In this document: positions 16,301-32,300 of the stretch, in pieces
Numbering within the stretch: position 1 is the stretch's first letter
Layout: every line of letters starts with the position of its first letter
Assembly (NCBI GenBank): GCA_040954595.2
Contig: CM082586.2
Span: 12,121,337-12,185,336, forward strand
DNA from: Balanoglossus misakiensis
Lineage: Eukaryota; Animalia; Hemichordata
DNA length: 64,000 nucleotides
Direction: 5' to 3'
Made by a program: the position numbers and the translations under genes
The notes under the pieces: generated by a model
The model's database searches: none
What the model was told of the DNA's origin: nothing
The model's input: the letters and a program-made list of their open reading frames with translations, nothing else

Positions 16301-19300
16301 TAGTTTCAAGGCTTTGTTTTGGAATAACGAATTCTCTACAAGATTTAAGTGGAACAGTTACAGAGTGAAAACTAATATGGAAAGAGTTATGTTGGAATGT
16401 TGTAAGGGATAGTTATATATTGCAAATAATTTAATTTCTTACATCATAAATGAAATTCAAAGAATGGTCAAATAACGGGCCATGTTTTACTAAAAAGACT
16501 TAATATGTATTGTTTGAAGGCTTTGTTTTGGAATAACGAATTCTCTACAAGATTTAAGTTGAACAGTCACAGAATGAAAACAAATATGGAAAGCGTTATG
16601 CCGGAATGTTGTAAGGGATAGATTAATATTGCAAATAATTTAATTTCTTACATCATAATTGGAATTCAAAGAATGGTCACATAACGGGCCATGTTTTACA
16701 AAAAGACTTATGTATAGTTTCAAGGCTTTGTTTTGGAATAACGAATTCTCTACAAGATTTAAGTGGAACAGTCACAGAATGAAAACAAATATGGAAAGAG
16801 ATATGCTGGAATGTTGTAAGGGATAGATTAATATTGCAAATAATTTAATTTCTTACATCATAAAATGAATTCAAAGAATGGTCACATAACAGGATATGTT
16901 TTACTAAAAAGACTTATGTTATTGTTTCAAGGCTTTGTTTTGGAATAACGAATTCTCTACAAGATTTAAGTGGAACAGTTACAGAATGAAAACAAATATG
17001 GAAAGAGTTATGCCGGAATGTTGTAAGAAATAGATTAATATTGCAAATAATTTAATTTCTTACATCATAAATGAAATTCAAAGAATGGTCAAATAACGGG
17101 CCATGTTTTACTATAAAGACTTAATATGTATAGTTTGAAGGCTTTGTTTTGGAATAACGAATTCTCTTCAAGATTTAAGTGGAACAGTCACAGAATGAAA
17201 ACAAATATGGAAAGAGTTATGCTGGAATGTTGTAAGGGATAGATTAATATTGCAAATAATTTAAATTCTTACATCATAAAATGAATTCAAAGAATGGTCA
17301 CATAACTGGATATGTTTTACTAAAAAGACTTATGTTATAGTTTCAAGGCTTTGTTTTGGAATAACGAATTCTCTACAAGATTTAAGTGGAACAGTTACAG
17401 AATGAAAACTAATATGGAAACAGTTATGTTGGAATGTTGTAAGGGATAGTTATATATTGCAAATAATTTAATTTCTTACATCATAAATGAAATTCAAAGA
17501 ATGGTCATATAACGGGCCATGTTTTACTAAAAAGACTTAATATGTATAGTTTCAAGGCTTTGTTTTGGAATAACGAATTCTCTACAAGATTTAAGTGGAA
17601 CAGTTACAGAGTGAAAACTAATATGGAAAGAGTTATGTTGGAATGTTGTAAGGGATAGTTATATATTGCAAATAATTTAATTTCTTACATCATAAATGAA
17701 ATTCAAAGAATGGTCAAATAACGGGCCATGTTTTACTAAAAAGACTTAATATGTATTGTTTGAAGGCTTTGTTTTGGAATAACGAATTCTCTACAAGATT
17801 TAAGTTGAACAGTCACAGAATGAAAACAAATATGGAAAGCGTTATGCCGGAATGTTGTAAGGGATAGATTAATATTGCAAATAATTTAATTTCTTACATC
17901 ATAATTGGAATTCAAAGAATGGTCACATAACGGGCCATGTTTTACAAAAAGACTTATGTATAGTTTCAAGGCTTTGTTTTGGAATAACGAATTCTCTACA
18001 AGATTTAAGTGGAACAGTCACAGAATGAAAACAAATATGGAAAGAGTTATGTCGGAATGTTGTAAGGGATAGATTAATATTGCAAATAATTTAATTTCTT
18101 ACATCATAAATGAAATTCAAAGAATGGTCAAATAACGGGCCATGTTTTACTATAAAGACTTAATATGTATAGTTTGAAGGCTTTGTTTTGGAATAACGAA
18201 TTCTCTTCAAGATTTAAGTGGAACAGTCACAGAATGAAAACAAATATGGAAAGAGTTATGCTGGAATGTTGTAAGGGATAGATTAATATTGCAAATAATT
18301 TAAATTCTTACATCATAAAATGAATTCAAAGAATGGTCACATAACTGGATATGTTTTACTAAAAAGACTTATGTTATAGTTTCAAGGCTTTGTTTTGGAA
18401 TAACGATTTCTCTACAAGATTTAAGTGGAACAGTTACAGAATGAAAACTAATATGGAAACAGTTATGTTGGAATGTTGTAAGGGATAGTTATATATTGCA
18501 AATAATTTAATTTCTTACATCATAAATGAAATTCAAAGAATGGTCATATAACGGGCCATGTTTTACTAAAAAGACTTAATATGTATAGTTTCAAGGCTTT
18601 GTTTTGGAATAACGAATTCTCTACAAGATTTAAGTGGAACAGTTACAGAGTGAAAACTAATATGGAAAGAGTTATGTTGGAATGTTGTAAGGGATAGTTA
18701 TATATTGCAAATAATTTAATTTCTTACATCATAAATGAAATTCAAAGAATGGTCAAATAACGGGCCATGTTTTACTAAAAAGACTTAATATGTATTGTTT
18801 GAAGGCTTTGTTTTGGAATAACGAATTCTCTACAAGATTTAAGTTGAACAGTCACAGAATGAAAACAAATATGGAAAGCGTTATGCCGGAATGTTGTAAG
18901 GGATAGATTAATATTGCAAATAATTTAATTTCTTACATCATAATTGGAATTCAAAGAATGGTCACATAACGGGCCATGTTTTACAAAAAGACTTATGTAT
19001 AGTTTCAAGGCTTTGTTTTGGAATAACGAATTCTCTACAAGATTTAAGTGGAACAGTCACAGAATGAAAACAAATATGGAAAGAGATATGCTGGAATGTT
19101 GTAAGGGATAGATTAATATTGCAAATAATTTAATTTCTTACATCATAAAATGAATTCAAAGAATGGTCACATAACAGGATATGTTTTACTAAAAAGACTT
19201 ATGTTATTGTTTCAAGGCTTTGTTTTGGAATAACGAATTCTCTACAAGATTTAAGTGGAACAGTTACAGAATGAAAACAAATATGGAAAGAGTTATGCCG

Positions 19301-22300
19301 GAATGTTGTAAGAAATAGATTAATATTGCAAATAATTTAATTTCTTACATCATAAATGAAATTCAAAGAATGGTCAAATAACGGGCCATGTTTTACTATA
19401 AAGACTTAATATGTATAGTTTGAAGGCTTTGTTTTGGAATAACGAATTCTCTACAAGATTTAAGTGTAACAGTTACAGAATGAAAACAAATATGGAAAGA
19501 GTTATGCCTGAATGTTGTAAGGAATAGATTAATATTGCAAATAATTTAATTTCTTACATCATAAATGGAATTCAAAGAAACGTCACGTAACAGGATATGT
19601 ATAGTTTCAAGGCTTTGTTTTGGAATAACGAATTCTCTACAAGATTTAAGTTGAACAGTCACAAAATGAAAACAAATATGGAAAGCGTTATGCCGGAATG
19701 TTGTAAGGGATAGATTAATATTGCAAATAATTTAATTTCTTACATCATAAATGGAATTCAAAGAATGGTCACATAACGGGCCATGTTTTACAAAAAGACT
19801 TATGTATAGTTTCAAGGCTTTGTTTTGGAATAACGAATTCTCTACAAGATTTAAGTGGAACAGTCACAGAATGAAAACAAATATGGAAAGAGATATGCTG
19901 GAATGTTGTAAGGGATAGATTAATATTGCAAATAATTTAATTTCTTACATCATAAAATGAATTCAAAGAATGGTCACATAACAGGATATGTTTTACTAAA
20001 AAGACTTATGTTATAGTTTCAAGGCTTTCTTTTGGAATAACGAATTCTCTACAAGATTTAAGTGGAACAGTTACAGAATGAAAACAAATATGGAAAGAGT
20101 TATGCCGGAATGTTGTAAGGAATAGATTAATATTGCAAATAATTTAATTTCTTACATCATAAATGGAATTCAAAGAAACGTCACGTAACAGGATATGTAT
20201 AGTTTCAAGGCTTTGTTTTGGAATAACGAATTCTCTACAAGATTTAAGTGGAACAGTCACAGAATGAAAACAAATATGGAAAGAGTTATGCTGGAATGTT
20301 GTAAGGGATAGATTAATATTGCAAATAATTTAATTTCTTACATCATAAAATGAATTCAAAGAATGGTCACATAACTGGATATGTTTTACTAAAAAGACTT
20401 ATGTTATAGTTTCAAGGCTTTGTTTTGGAATAACGAATTCTCTACAAGATTTAAGTGGAACAGTCACAGAATGAAAACAAATATGGAAAGAGATATGCTG
20501 GAATGTTGTAAGGGATAGATTAATATTGCAAATAATTTAATTTCTTACATCATAAATGGAATTCAAAGAAACGTCACGTAACAGGATATGTATAGTTTCA
20601 AGGCTTTGTTTTGGAATAACGAATTCTCTACAAGATTTATGTGGAACAGTCACAGAATGAAAACAAATATGGAAAGAGTTATGCTGGAATGTTGTAAGGG
20701 ATAGATTAATATTGCAAATAATTTAAATTCTTACATCATAAAATGAATTCAAAGAATGGTCACATAACTGGATATGTTTTACTAAAAAGACTTATGTTAT
20801 AGTTTCAAGGCTTTGTTTTGGAATAACGAATTCTCTACACGATTTAAGTGGAACAGTTACAGAATGAAAACAAATATGGAAAGAGTTATGTTGGAATGTT
20901 GTAAGGGATAGTTATATATTGCAAATAATTTAATTTCTTACATCATAAATGAAATTCAAAGAATGGTCAAATAACGGGCCATGTTTTACTATAAAGACTT
21001 AATATGTATAGTTTGAAGGCTTTGTTTTGGAATAACGAATTCTCTACAAGATTTAAGTGTAACAGTTACAGAATGAAAACAAATATGGAAAGAGTTATGC
21101 CGGAATGTTGTAAGGAATAGATTAATATTGCAAATAATTTAATTTCTTACATCATAAAATGAATTCAAAGAATGGTCACATAACTGGATATGTTTTACTA
21201 AAAAGACTTATGTTATAGTTTCAAGGCTTTGTTTTGGAATAACGAATTCTCTACAAGATTTAAGTGGAACAGTCACAGAATGAAAACAAATATGGAAAGA
21301 GATATGCTGGAATGTTGTAAGGGATAGATTAATATTGCAAATAATTTAATTTCTTACATCATAAATGGAATTCAAAGAAACGTCACGTAACAGGATATGT
21401 ATAGTTTCAAGGCTTTGTTTTGGAATAACGAATTCTCTACAAGATTTAAGTGGAACAGTCACAGAATGAAAACAAATATGGAAAGAGTTATGCTGGAATG
21501 TTGTAAGGGATAGATTAATATTGCAAATAATTTAAATTCTTACATCATAAAATGAATTCAAAGAATGGTCACATAACTGGATATGTTTTACTAAAAAGAC
21601 TTATGTTATAGTTTCAAGGCTTTGTTTTGGAATAACGAATTCTCTACACGATTTAAGTGGAACAGTTACAGAATGAAAACAAATATGGAAAGAGTTATGT
21701 TGGAATGTTGTAAGGGATAGTTATATATTGCAAATAATTTAATTTCTTACATCATAAATGAAATTCAAAGAATGGTCAAATAACGGGCCATGTTTTACTA
21801 TAAAGACTTAATATGTATAGTTTGAAGGCTTTGTTTTGGAATAACGAATTCTCTACAAGATTTAAGTGTAACAGTTACAGAATGAAAACAAATATGGAAA
21901 GAGTTATGCCGGAATGTTGTAAGGAATAGATTAATATTGCAAATAATTTAATTTCTTACATCGTAAATGGAATTCAAAGAATGGTCACATAACGGGCCAT
22001 GTTTTACAAAAAGACTAATGTATAGTTTCAAGGCTTTGTTTTGGAATAACGAATTCTCTACAAGATTTAAGTGGAACAGTCACAGAATGAAAACAAATAT
22101 GGAAAGAGATATGCTGGAATGTTGTAAGGGATAGATTAATATTGCAAATAATTTAATTTCTTACATCATAAAATGAATTCAAAGAATGGTCACATAACAG
22201 GATATGTTTTACTAAAAAGACTTATGTTATAGTTTCAAGGCTTTGTTTTGGAATAACGAATTCTCTACAAGATTTAATTGGAACAGTTACAGAATGAAAA

Positions 22301-25300
22301 CAAATATGGAAAGAGTTATGCCGGAATGTTGTAAGGAATAGATTAATATTGCAAATAATTTAATTTCTTACATCATAAATGGAATTCAAAGAAACGTCAC
22401 GTAACAGGATATGTATAGTTTCAAGGCTTTGTTTTGGAATAACGAATTCTCTACAAGATTTAAGTGGAACAGTCACAGAATGAAAACAAATATGGAAAGA
22501 GTTATGCTGGAATGTTGTAAGGGATAGATTAATATTGCAAATAATTTAATTTCTTACATCATAAAATGAATTCAAAGAATGGTCACATAACAGGATATGT
22601 TTTACTAAAAAGACTTATGTTATAGTTTCAAGGCTTTCTTTTGGAATAACGAATTCTCTACAAGATTTAAGTGGAACAGTTACAGAATGAAAACAAATAT
22701 GGAAAGAGTTATGCCGGAATGTTGTAAGGAATAGATTAATATTGCAAATAATTTAATTTCTTACATCATAAATGGAATTCAAAGAAACGTCACGTAACAG
22801 GATATGTATAGTTTCAAGGCTTTGTTTTGGAATAACGAATTCTCTACAAGATTTAAGTGGAACAGTCACAGAATGAAAACAAATATGGAAAGAGTTATGC
22901 TGGAATGTTGTAAGGGATAGATTAATATTGCAAATAATTTAATTTCTTACATCATAAAATGAATTCAAAGAATGGTCACATAACTGGATATGTTTTACTA
23001 AAAAGACTTATGTTATAGTTTCAAGGCTTTGTTTTGGAATAACGAATTCTCTACAAGATTTAAGTGGAACAGTCACAGAATGAAAACAAATATGGAAAGA
23101 GATATGCTGGAATGTTGTAAGGGATAGATTAATATTGCAAATAATTTAATTTCTTACATCATAAATGGAATTCAAAGAAACGTCACGTAACAGGATATGT
23201 ATAGTTTCAAGGCTTTGTTTTGGAATAACGAATTCTCTACAAGATTTAAGTGGAACAGTCACAGAATGAAAACAAATATGGAAAGAGTTATGCTGGAATG
23301 TTGTAAGGGATAGATTAATATTGCAAATAATTTAAATTCTTACATCATAAAATGAATTCAAAGAATGGTCACATAACTGGATATGTTTTACTAAAAAGAC
23401 TTATGTTATAGTTTCAAGGCTTTGTTTTGGAATAACGAATTCTCTACACGATTTAAGTGGAACAGTTACAGAATGAAAACAAATATGGAAAGAGTTATGT
23501 TGGAATGTTGTAAGGGATAGTTATATATTGCAAATAATTTAATTTCTTACATCATAAATGAAATTCAAAGAATGGTCAAATAACGGGCCATGTTTTACTA
23601 TAAAGACTTAATATGTATAGTTTGAAGGCTTTGTTTTGGAATAACGAATTCTCTACAAGATTTAAGTGTAACAGTTACAGAATGAAAACAAATATGGAAA
23701 GAGTTATGCCGGAATGTTGTAAGGAATAGATTAATATTGCAAATAATTTAATTTCTTACATCATAAAATGAATTCAAAGAATGGTCACATAACTGGATAT
23801 GTTTTACTAAAAAGACTTATGTTATAGTTTCAAGGCTTTGTTTTGGAATAACGAATTCTCTACAAGATTTAAGTGGAACAGTCACAGAATGAAAACAAAT
23901 ATGGAAAGAGATATGCTGGAATGTTGTAAGGGATAGATTAATATTGCAAATAATTTAATTTCTTACATCATAAATGGAATTCAAAGAAACGTCACGTAAC
24001 AGGATATGTATAGTTTCAAGGCTTTGTTTTGGAATAACGAATTCTCTACAAGATTTAAGTGGAACAGTCACAGAATGAAAACAAATATGGAAAGAGTTAT
24101 GCTGGAATGTTGTAAGGGATAGATTAATATTGCAAATAATTTAAATTCTTACATCATAAAATGAATTCAAAGAATGGTCACATAACTGGATATGTTTTAC
24201 TAAAAAGACTTATGTTATAGTTTCAAGGCTTTGTTTTGGAATAACGAATTCTCTACACGATTTAAGTGGAACAGTTACAGAATGAAAACAAATATGGAAA
24301 GAGTTATGTTGGAATGTTGTAAGGGATAGTTATATATTGCAAATAATTTAATTTCTTACATCATAAATGAAATTCAAAGAATGGTCAAATAACGGGCCAT
24401 GTTTTACTATAAAGACTTAATATGTATAGTTTGAAGGCTTTGTTTTGGAATAACGAATTCTCTACAAGATTTAAGTGTAACAGTTACAGAATGAAAACAA
24501 ATATGGAAAGAGTTATGCCGGAATGTTGTAAGGAATAGATTAATATTGCAAATAATTTAATTTCTTACATCATAAATGGAATTCAAAGAATGGTCACATA
24601 ACGGGCCATGTTTTACAAAAAGACTTATGTATAGTTTCAAGGCTTTGTTTTGGAATAACGAATTCTCTACAAGATTTAAGTGGAACAGTCACAGAATGAA
24701 AACAAATATGGAAAGAGATATGCTGGAATGTTGTAAGGGATAGATTAATATTGCAAATAATTTAATTTCTTACATCATAAAATGAATTCAAAGAATGGTC
24801 ACATAACAGGATATGTTTTACTAAAAAGACTTATGTTATAGTTTCAAGGCTTTGTTTTGGAATAACGAATTCTCTACAAGATTTAATTGGAACAGTTACA
24901 GAATGAAAACAAATATGGAAAGAGTTATGCCGGAATGTTGTAAGGAATAGATTAATATTGCAAATAATTTAATTTCTTACATCATAAATGGAATTCAAAG
25001 AAACGTCACGTAACAGGATATGTATAGTTTCAAGGCTTTGTTTTGGAATAACGAATTCTCTACAAGATTTAAGTGGAACAGTCACAGAATGAAAACAAAT
25101 ATGGAAAGAATTATGCTGGAATGTTGTAAGGGATAGATTAAAATTGCAAATAATTTAATTTCTTACATCATAAAATGAATTCAAAGAATGGTCACATAAC
25201 TGGATATGTTTTACTAAAAAGACTTATGTTATAGTTTCAAGGCTTTGTTTTGGAATAACGAATTCTCTACACGATTTAAGTGGAACAGTTACAGAATGAA

Positions 25301-28300
25301 AACAAATATGGAAAGAGTTATGTTGGAATGTTGTAAGGGATAGATTAATATTGCAAATAATTTAAATTCTTACATCATAAAATGAATTCAAAGAATGGTC
25401 ACATAACTGGATATGTTTTACTAAAAAGACTTATGTTATAGTTTCAAGGCTTTGTTTTGGAATAACGAATTCTCTACACGATTTAAGTGGAACAGTTACA
25501 GAATGAAAACAAATATGGAAAAAGTTATGTTGGAATGTTGTAAGGGATAGTTATATATTGCAAATAATTTAATTTCTTACACCATCAATGAAATTCAAAG
25601 AATGGTCAAATAACGGGCCATGTTTTACTATAAAGACTTAATATGTATAGTTTGAAGGCTTTGTTTTGGAATAACGAATTCTCTACAAGATTTAAGTGTA
25701 ACAGTTACAGAATGAAAACAAATATGGAAAGAGTTATGCCGGAATGTTGTAAGGGATAGATTAATATTGCAAATAATTTAATTTCTTACATCATAAATGG
25801 AATTCACAGAATGGTCACATAACAGGATATGTTTTACTAAAAAGACTTATGTTATAGTTTCAAGGCTTTGTTTTGGAATAACGAACTCTCTACAAGATTT
25901 AAGTGGAACAGTCACAGAATGAAAACAAATATGGAAAGAGTTATGCCAGAATGTTGTAAGGAATAGATTAATATTGCAAATAATTTAATTTCTTACATCA
26001 TAAATGGAATTCAAAGAATCGTCACGTAACAGGATATGTATAGTTTCAAGGCTTTGTTTTGGAATAACGAATTCTCTACAGGATTTAAGTGGAACAGTCA
26101 CAGAATGAAAACAAATATGGAAAGAGTTATGCTGGAATGTTGTAAGGGATAGATTAATATTGCAAATAATTTAATTACTTAGATCATAAATGGAATTCAA
26201 AGAATGGTCACATAACGGGCCATGTTTTACTAAAAAGACTTATGTATAGTTTCAAGGCTTTGCTTTGGAATAACGAATTCTCTCCAAGATTTAAGTTGAA
26301 CAGTTACAGAATGAAAACAAATATTCAAATATTTATGCTGGAATGTTGTAAGGGATAGATTAATATTGCAAATAATTTAATTTCTTACATCATAAAATGA
26401 ATTCAAAGAATGGTCACATAACTGGATATGTTTTACTAAAAAGACTTATGTTATAGTTTCAAGGCTTTGTTATGGAATAACGAATTCTCTACAAGATTTA
26501 AGTGGAACAGTCACAGAATGAAAACAAATATGGAAAGAGATATGCTGGAATGTTGTAAGGGATAGATTAATATTGCAAATAATTTAATTTCTTCCATCAT
26601 AAATGGAATTCAAAGAATGGTCACATAACGGGCCATGTTTTACAAAAAGACTTATGTATAGTTTCAAGGCTTTGTTTTGGAATAACGAATTCTCTTCAAG
26701 ATTTAAGTGGAACAGTCACAGAATGAAAACAAATATGGAAAGAGTTATGCTGGAATGTTGTAAGGGATAGATTAATATTGCAAATAATTTAAATTCTTAC
26801 ATCATAAATGAAATTCAAAGAATGGTCAAATAACGAGCCATGTTTTACTAAAAAGACTTAATATGTATAGTTTCAAGGCTTTGTTTTGGAATAACGAATT
26901 CTCTACAAGATTTAAGTGGAACAGTTACAGATTGAAAACTAATATGGAAAGAGTTATGTTGGAATGTTGTAAGGGATAGTTATATATTGCAAATAATTTA
27001 ATTTCTTACATCATAAATGAAATTCAAAGAATGGTCAAATAACGGGCCATGTTTTACTAAAAAGACTTAATATGTATAGTTTGAAGGCTTTGTTTTGAAA
27101 TAACGAATTCTCTACAAGATTTAAGTTGAACTGTCACAGAATGAAAACAAATATGGAAAGCGTTATGCCGGAATGTTGTAAGGGATAGATTAATATTGCA
27201 AATAATTTAATTTCTTACATCATAAATGGAATTCAAAGAATGTTCACATAACGGGCCATGTTTTACAAAAAGACTTATGTATAGTTTCAAGGCTTTGTTT
27301 TGGAATAACGAATTCTCTACAAGATTTAAGTGGAACAGTCACAGAATGAAAACAAATATGGAAAGAGATATGCTGGAATGTTGTAAGGGATAGATTAATA
27401 TTGCAAATAATTTAATTTCTTACATCATAAAATGAATTCAAAGAATGGTCACATAACAGGATATGTTTTACTAAAAAGACTTATGTTATAGTTTCAAGGC
27501 TTTGTTTTGGAATAACGAATTCTCTACAAGATTTAAGTGGAACAGTTACAGAATGAAAACAAATATGGAAAGAGTTATGCCGGAATGTTGTAAGGAATAG
27601 ATTAATATTGCAAATAATTTAATTTCTTACATCATAAATGGAATTCAAAGAAACGTCACGTAACAGGATATGTATAGTTTCAAGGCTTTGTTTTGGAATA
27701 ACGAATTCTCTACAAGATTAAAGTGGAACAGTCACAGAATGAAAACAAATATGGAAAGAGTTATGCTGGAATGTTGTAAGGGATAGATTAATATTGCAAA
27801 TAATTTAATTTCTTACATTATAAAATGAATTCAAAGAATGGTCACATAACTGGATATGTTTTACTAAAAAGACTTATGTTATAGTTTCAAGGCTTTGTTT
27901 TGGAATAACGAATTCTCTACAAGATTTAAGTGGAACAGTTACAGAATGAAAACAAATATGGAAAGAGTTATGCCGGAATGTTGTAAGGAATAGATTAATA
28001 TTGCAAATAATTTAATTTCTTACATCATAAATGGAATTCAAAGAAACGTCACGTAACAGGATATGTATAGTTTCAAGGCTTTGTTTTGGAATAACGAATT
28101 CTCTACAAGATTAAAGTGGAACAGTCACATAATGAAAACAAATATGGAAAGAGTTATGCTGGAATGTTGTAAGGGATAGATTAATATTGCAAATAATTTA
28201 ATTTCTTACATTATAAAATGAATTCAAAGAATGGTCACATAACTGGATATGTTTTACTAAAAAGACTTATGTTATAGTTTCAAGGCTTTGTTTTGGAATA

Positions 28301-30146
28301 ACGAATTCTCTACACGATTTAAGTGGAACAGTTACAGAATGAAAACAAATATGGAAAGAGTTATGTTGGAATGTTGTAAGGGATAGATTAATATTGCAAA
28401 TAATTTAAATTCTTACATCATAAAATGAATTCAAAGAATGGTCACATAACTGGATATGTTTTACTAAAAAGACTTATGTTATAGTTTCAAGGCTTTGTTT
28501 TGGAATAACGAATTCTCTACACGATTTAAGTGGAACAGTTACAGAATGAAAACAAATATGGAAAGAGTTATGTTGGAATGTTGTAAGGGATAGTTATATA
28601 TTGCAAATAATTTAATTTCTTACACCATCAATGAAATTCAAAGAATGGTCAAATAACGGGCCATGTTTTACTATAAAGACTTAATATGTATAGTTTGAAG
28701 GCTTTGTTTTGGAATAACGAATTCTCTACAAGATTTAAGTGTAACAGTTACAGAATGAAAACAAATATGGAAAGAGTTATGCCGGAATGTTGTAAGGGAT
28801 AGATTAATATTGCAAATAATTTAATTTCTTACATCATAAATGGAATTCACAGAATGGTCACATAACAGGATATGTTTTACTAAAAAGACTTATGTTATAG
28901 TTTCAAGGCTTTGTTTTGGAATAACGAACTCTCTACAAGATTTAAGTGGAACAGTCACAGAATGAAAACAAATATGGAAAGAGTTATGCCAGAATGTTGT
29001 AAGGAATAGATTAATATTGCAAATAATTTAATTTCTTACATCATAAATGGAATTCAAACAATCGTCACGTAACAGGATATGTATAGTTTCAAGGCTTTGT
29101 TTTGGAATAACGAATTCTCTACAGGATTTAAGTGGAACAGTCACAGAATGAAAACAAATATGGAAAGAGTTATGCTGGAATGTTTTAAGGGATAGATTAA
29201 TTTTGCAAATAATTTAATTACTTAGATCATAAATGGAATTCAAAGAATGGTCACATAACGGGCCATGTTTTACTAAAAAGACTTATGTATAGTTTCAAGG
29301 CTTTGCTTTGGAATAACGAATTCTCTCCAAGATTTAAGTTGAACAGTTACAGAATGAAAACAAATATTCAAATATTTATGCTGGAATGTTGTAAGGGATA
29401 GATTAATATTGCAAATAATTTAATTTCTTACATCATAAAATGAATTCAAAGAATGGTCACATAACTGGATATGTTTTACTAAAAAGACTTATGTTATAGT
29501 TTCAAGGCTTTGTTATGGAATAACGAATTCTCTACAAGATTTAAGTGGAACAGTCACAGAATGAAAACAAATATGGAAAGAGATATGCTGGAATGTTGTA
29601 AGGGATAGATTAATATTGCAAATAATTTAATTTCTTCCATCATAAATGGAATTCAAAGAATGGTCACATAACGGGCCATGTTTTACAAAAAGACTTATGT
29701 ATAGTTTCAAGGCTTTGTTTTGGAATAACGAATTCTCTACACGATTTAAGTGGAACAGTTACATAATGAAAACAAATATGGAAAGAGTTATGTTGGAATG
29801 TTGTAAGGGAGAGTTATATATTGCAAATAATTTAATTTCTTACATCATAAATGAAATTCAAAGAATGGTCAAATAACGGGCCATGTTTTACTATAAAGAC
29901 TTAATATGTATAGTTTGAAGGCTTTGTTTTGGAATAACGAATTCTCTACAAGATTTAAGTGTAACAGTTACAGAATGAAAACAAATATGGAAAGAGTTAT
30001 GCCGGAATGTTGTAAGGAATAGATTAATATTGCAAATAATTTAATTTCTTACATCATAAATGGAATTCAAAGAAACGTCACGTAACAGGATATGTATAGT
30101 TTCAAGGCTTTGTTTTGGAATAACGAATTCTCTACAAGATTTAAGT

Positions 30147-32300
30147 GGCACAGTCACAGAATGAAAACAAATATGGAAAGAGTTATGCTGAAATGTTGTA
30201 AGGGATAGATTAATATTGCATAAAATTTAATTTCTTACATCATAAATGGAATTCAAAGAATGGTCACATAACGGGATATGTTTAACTAAAAAGACTTATG
30301 TTATAGTTTCAAGTCTTTGTTTTGGAATAACGAATTCTCTACAAGATTTAAGTGGAACAGTCACAGAATGAAAACAAATATGGAAAGAGATATGCTGGAA
30401 TGTTGTAAGGGATAGATTAATATTGCAAATAATTTAATTTCTTACATCATAAATGGAATTCAAAGAATGGTCACATAACGGGCCATGTTTTACAAAAAGA
30501 CTTATGTATAGTTTCAAGGCTTTGTTTTGGAATAACGAATTCTCTAAAAGATTTAAGTGGAACAGTCACAGAATGAAAACAAATATGGAAAGAGTTATGC
30601 TGGAATGTTGTAAGGGATAGATTAATATAGCAAATAATTTAAATTCTTACATTAAAAATGAATTCAAAGAATGGTCACATAACTGGATATGTTTTACTAA
30701 AAAGACTTATGTTATAGTTTCAAGGCTTTGTTTTGGAATAACGAATTCTCTACACGATTTAAGTGGAACAGTTACAGAATGAAAACAAATATGGAAAGAG
30801 TTATGTTGGAATGTTGTAAGGGATAGTTATATATTGCAAATAATTTAATTTCTTACATCATAAATGAAATTCAAAGAATGGTCAAATAACAGGCCATGTT
30901 TTACTAAAAAGACTTAATATGTATAGTTTGAAGGCTTTGTTTTGGAATAACGAATTCTCTACAAGATTTAAGTGTAACAGTTACAGAATGAAAACAAATA
31001 TGGAAAGAGTTATGCCGGAATGTTGTAAGGAATAGATTAATATTGCAAATAATTTAATTTCTTACATCATAAATGGAATTCAAAGAAACGTCACGTAACA
31101 GGATATGTATAGTTTCAAGGCTTTGTTTTGGAATAACGAATTCTCTACAAGATTTAAGTGGCACAGTCACAGAATGAAAACAAATATGGAAAGAGTTATG
31201 CTGAAATGTTGTAAGGGATAGATTAATATTGCATAAAATTTAATTTCTTACATCATAAATGGAATTCAAAGAATGGTCACATAACTGGATATGTTTTACT
31301 AAAAAGACTTATGTTATAGTTTCAAGGCTTTGTTTTGGAATAACGAATTCTCTACAAGATTTAAGTGGAACAGTCACATAATGAAAACAAATATGGAAAG
31401 AGATATGCTGGAATGTTGTAAGGGATAGATTAATATTGCAAATAATTTAATTTCTTACATCATAAATGGAATTCAAAGAATGGTCACATAACGGGCCATG
31501 TTTTACAAAAAGACTTATGTATAGTTTCAAGGCTTTGTTTTGGAATAACGAATTCTCTAAAAGATTTAAGTGGAACAGTCACAGAATGAAAACAAATATG
31601 GAAAGAGTTATGCTGGAATGTTGTAAGGGATAGATTAATATAGCAAATAATTTAAATTCTTACATTAAAAATGAATTCAAAGAATGGTCACATAACTGGA
31701 TATGTTTTACTAAAAAGACTTATGTTATAGTTTCAAGGCTTTGTTTTGGAATAACGAATTCTCTACACGATTTAAGTGGAACAGTTACAGAATGAAAACA
31801 AATATGGAAAGAGTTATGTTGGAATGTTGTAAGGGATAGTTATATATTGCAAATAATTTAATTTCTTACATCATAAATGAAATTCAAAGAATGGTCAAAT
31901 AACGGGCCATGTTTTACTAAAAAGACTTAATATGTATAGTTTGAAGGCTTTGTTTTGGAATAACGAATTCTCTACAAGATTTAAGTGTAACAGTTACAGA
32001 ATGAAAACAAATATGGAAAGAGTTATGCCGGAATGTTGTAAGGAATAGATTAATATTGCAAATAATTTAATTTCTTACATCATAAATGGAATTCAAAGAA
32101 ACGTCACGTAACAGGATATGTATAGTTTCAAGGCTTTGTTTTGGAATAACGAATTCTCTACAAGATTTAAGTGGCACAGTCACAGAATGAAAACAAATAT
32201 GGAAAGAGTTATGCTGAAATGTTGTAAGGGATAGATTAATATTGCATAAAATTTAATTTCTTACATCATAAATGGAATTCAAAGAATGGTCACATAACTG
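30147..32300. repeat. 1,013-bp five-monomer higher-order repeat near the right edge of the array
   Basis: The diagnostic GGCACAGT variant occurs at 30147, 31160 and 32173 (spacing 1013). CTCTAAAAG and AATATAGC variants recur with the same period. Confidence 0.85.

Noticed and set aside
29646-29876. 76-aa ORF inside the satellite
   Set aside because: It opens only because a private TAG>GAG change and a 205-bp monomer coincide; the other monomers are closed.
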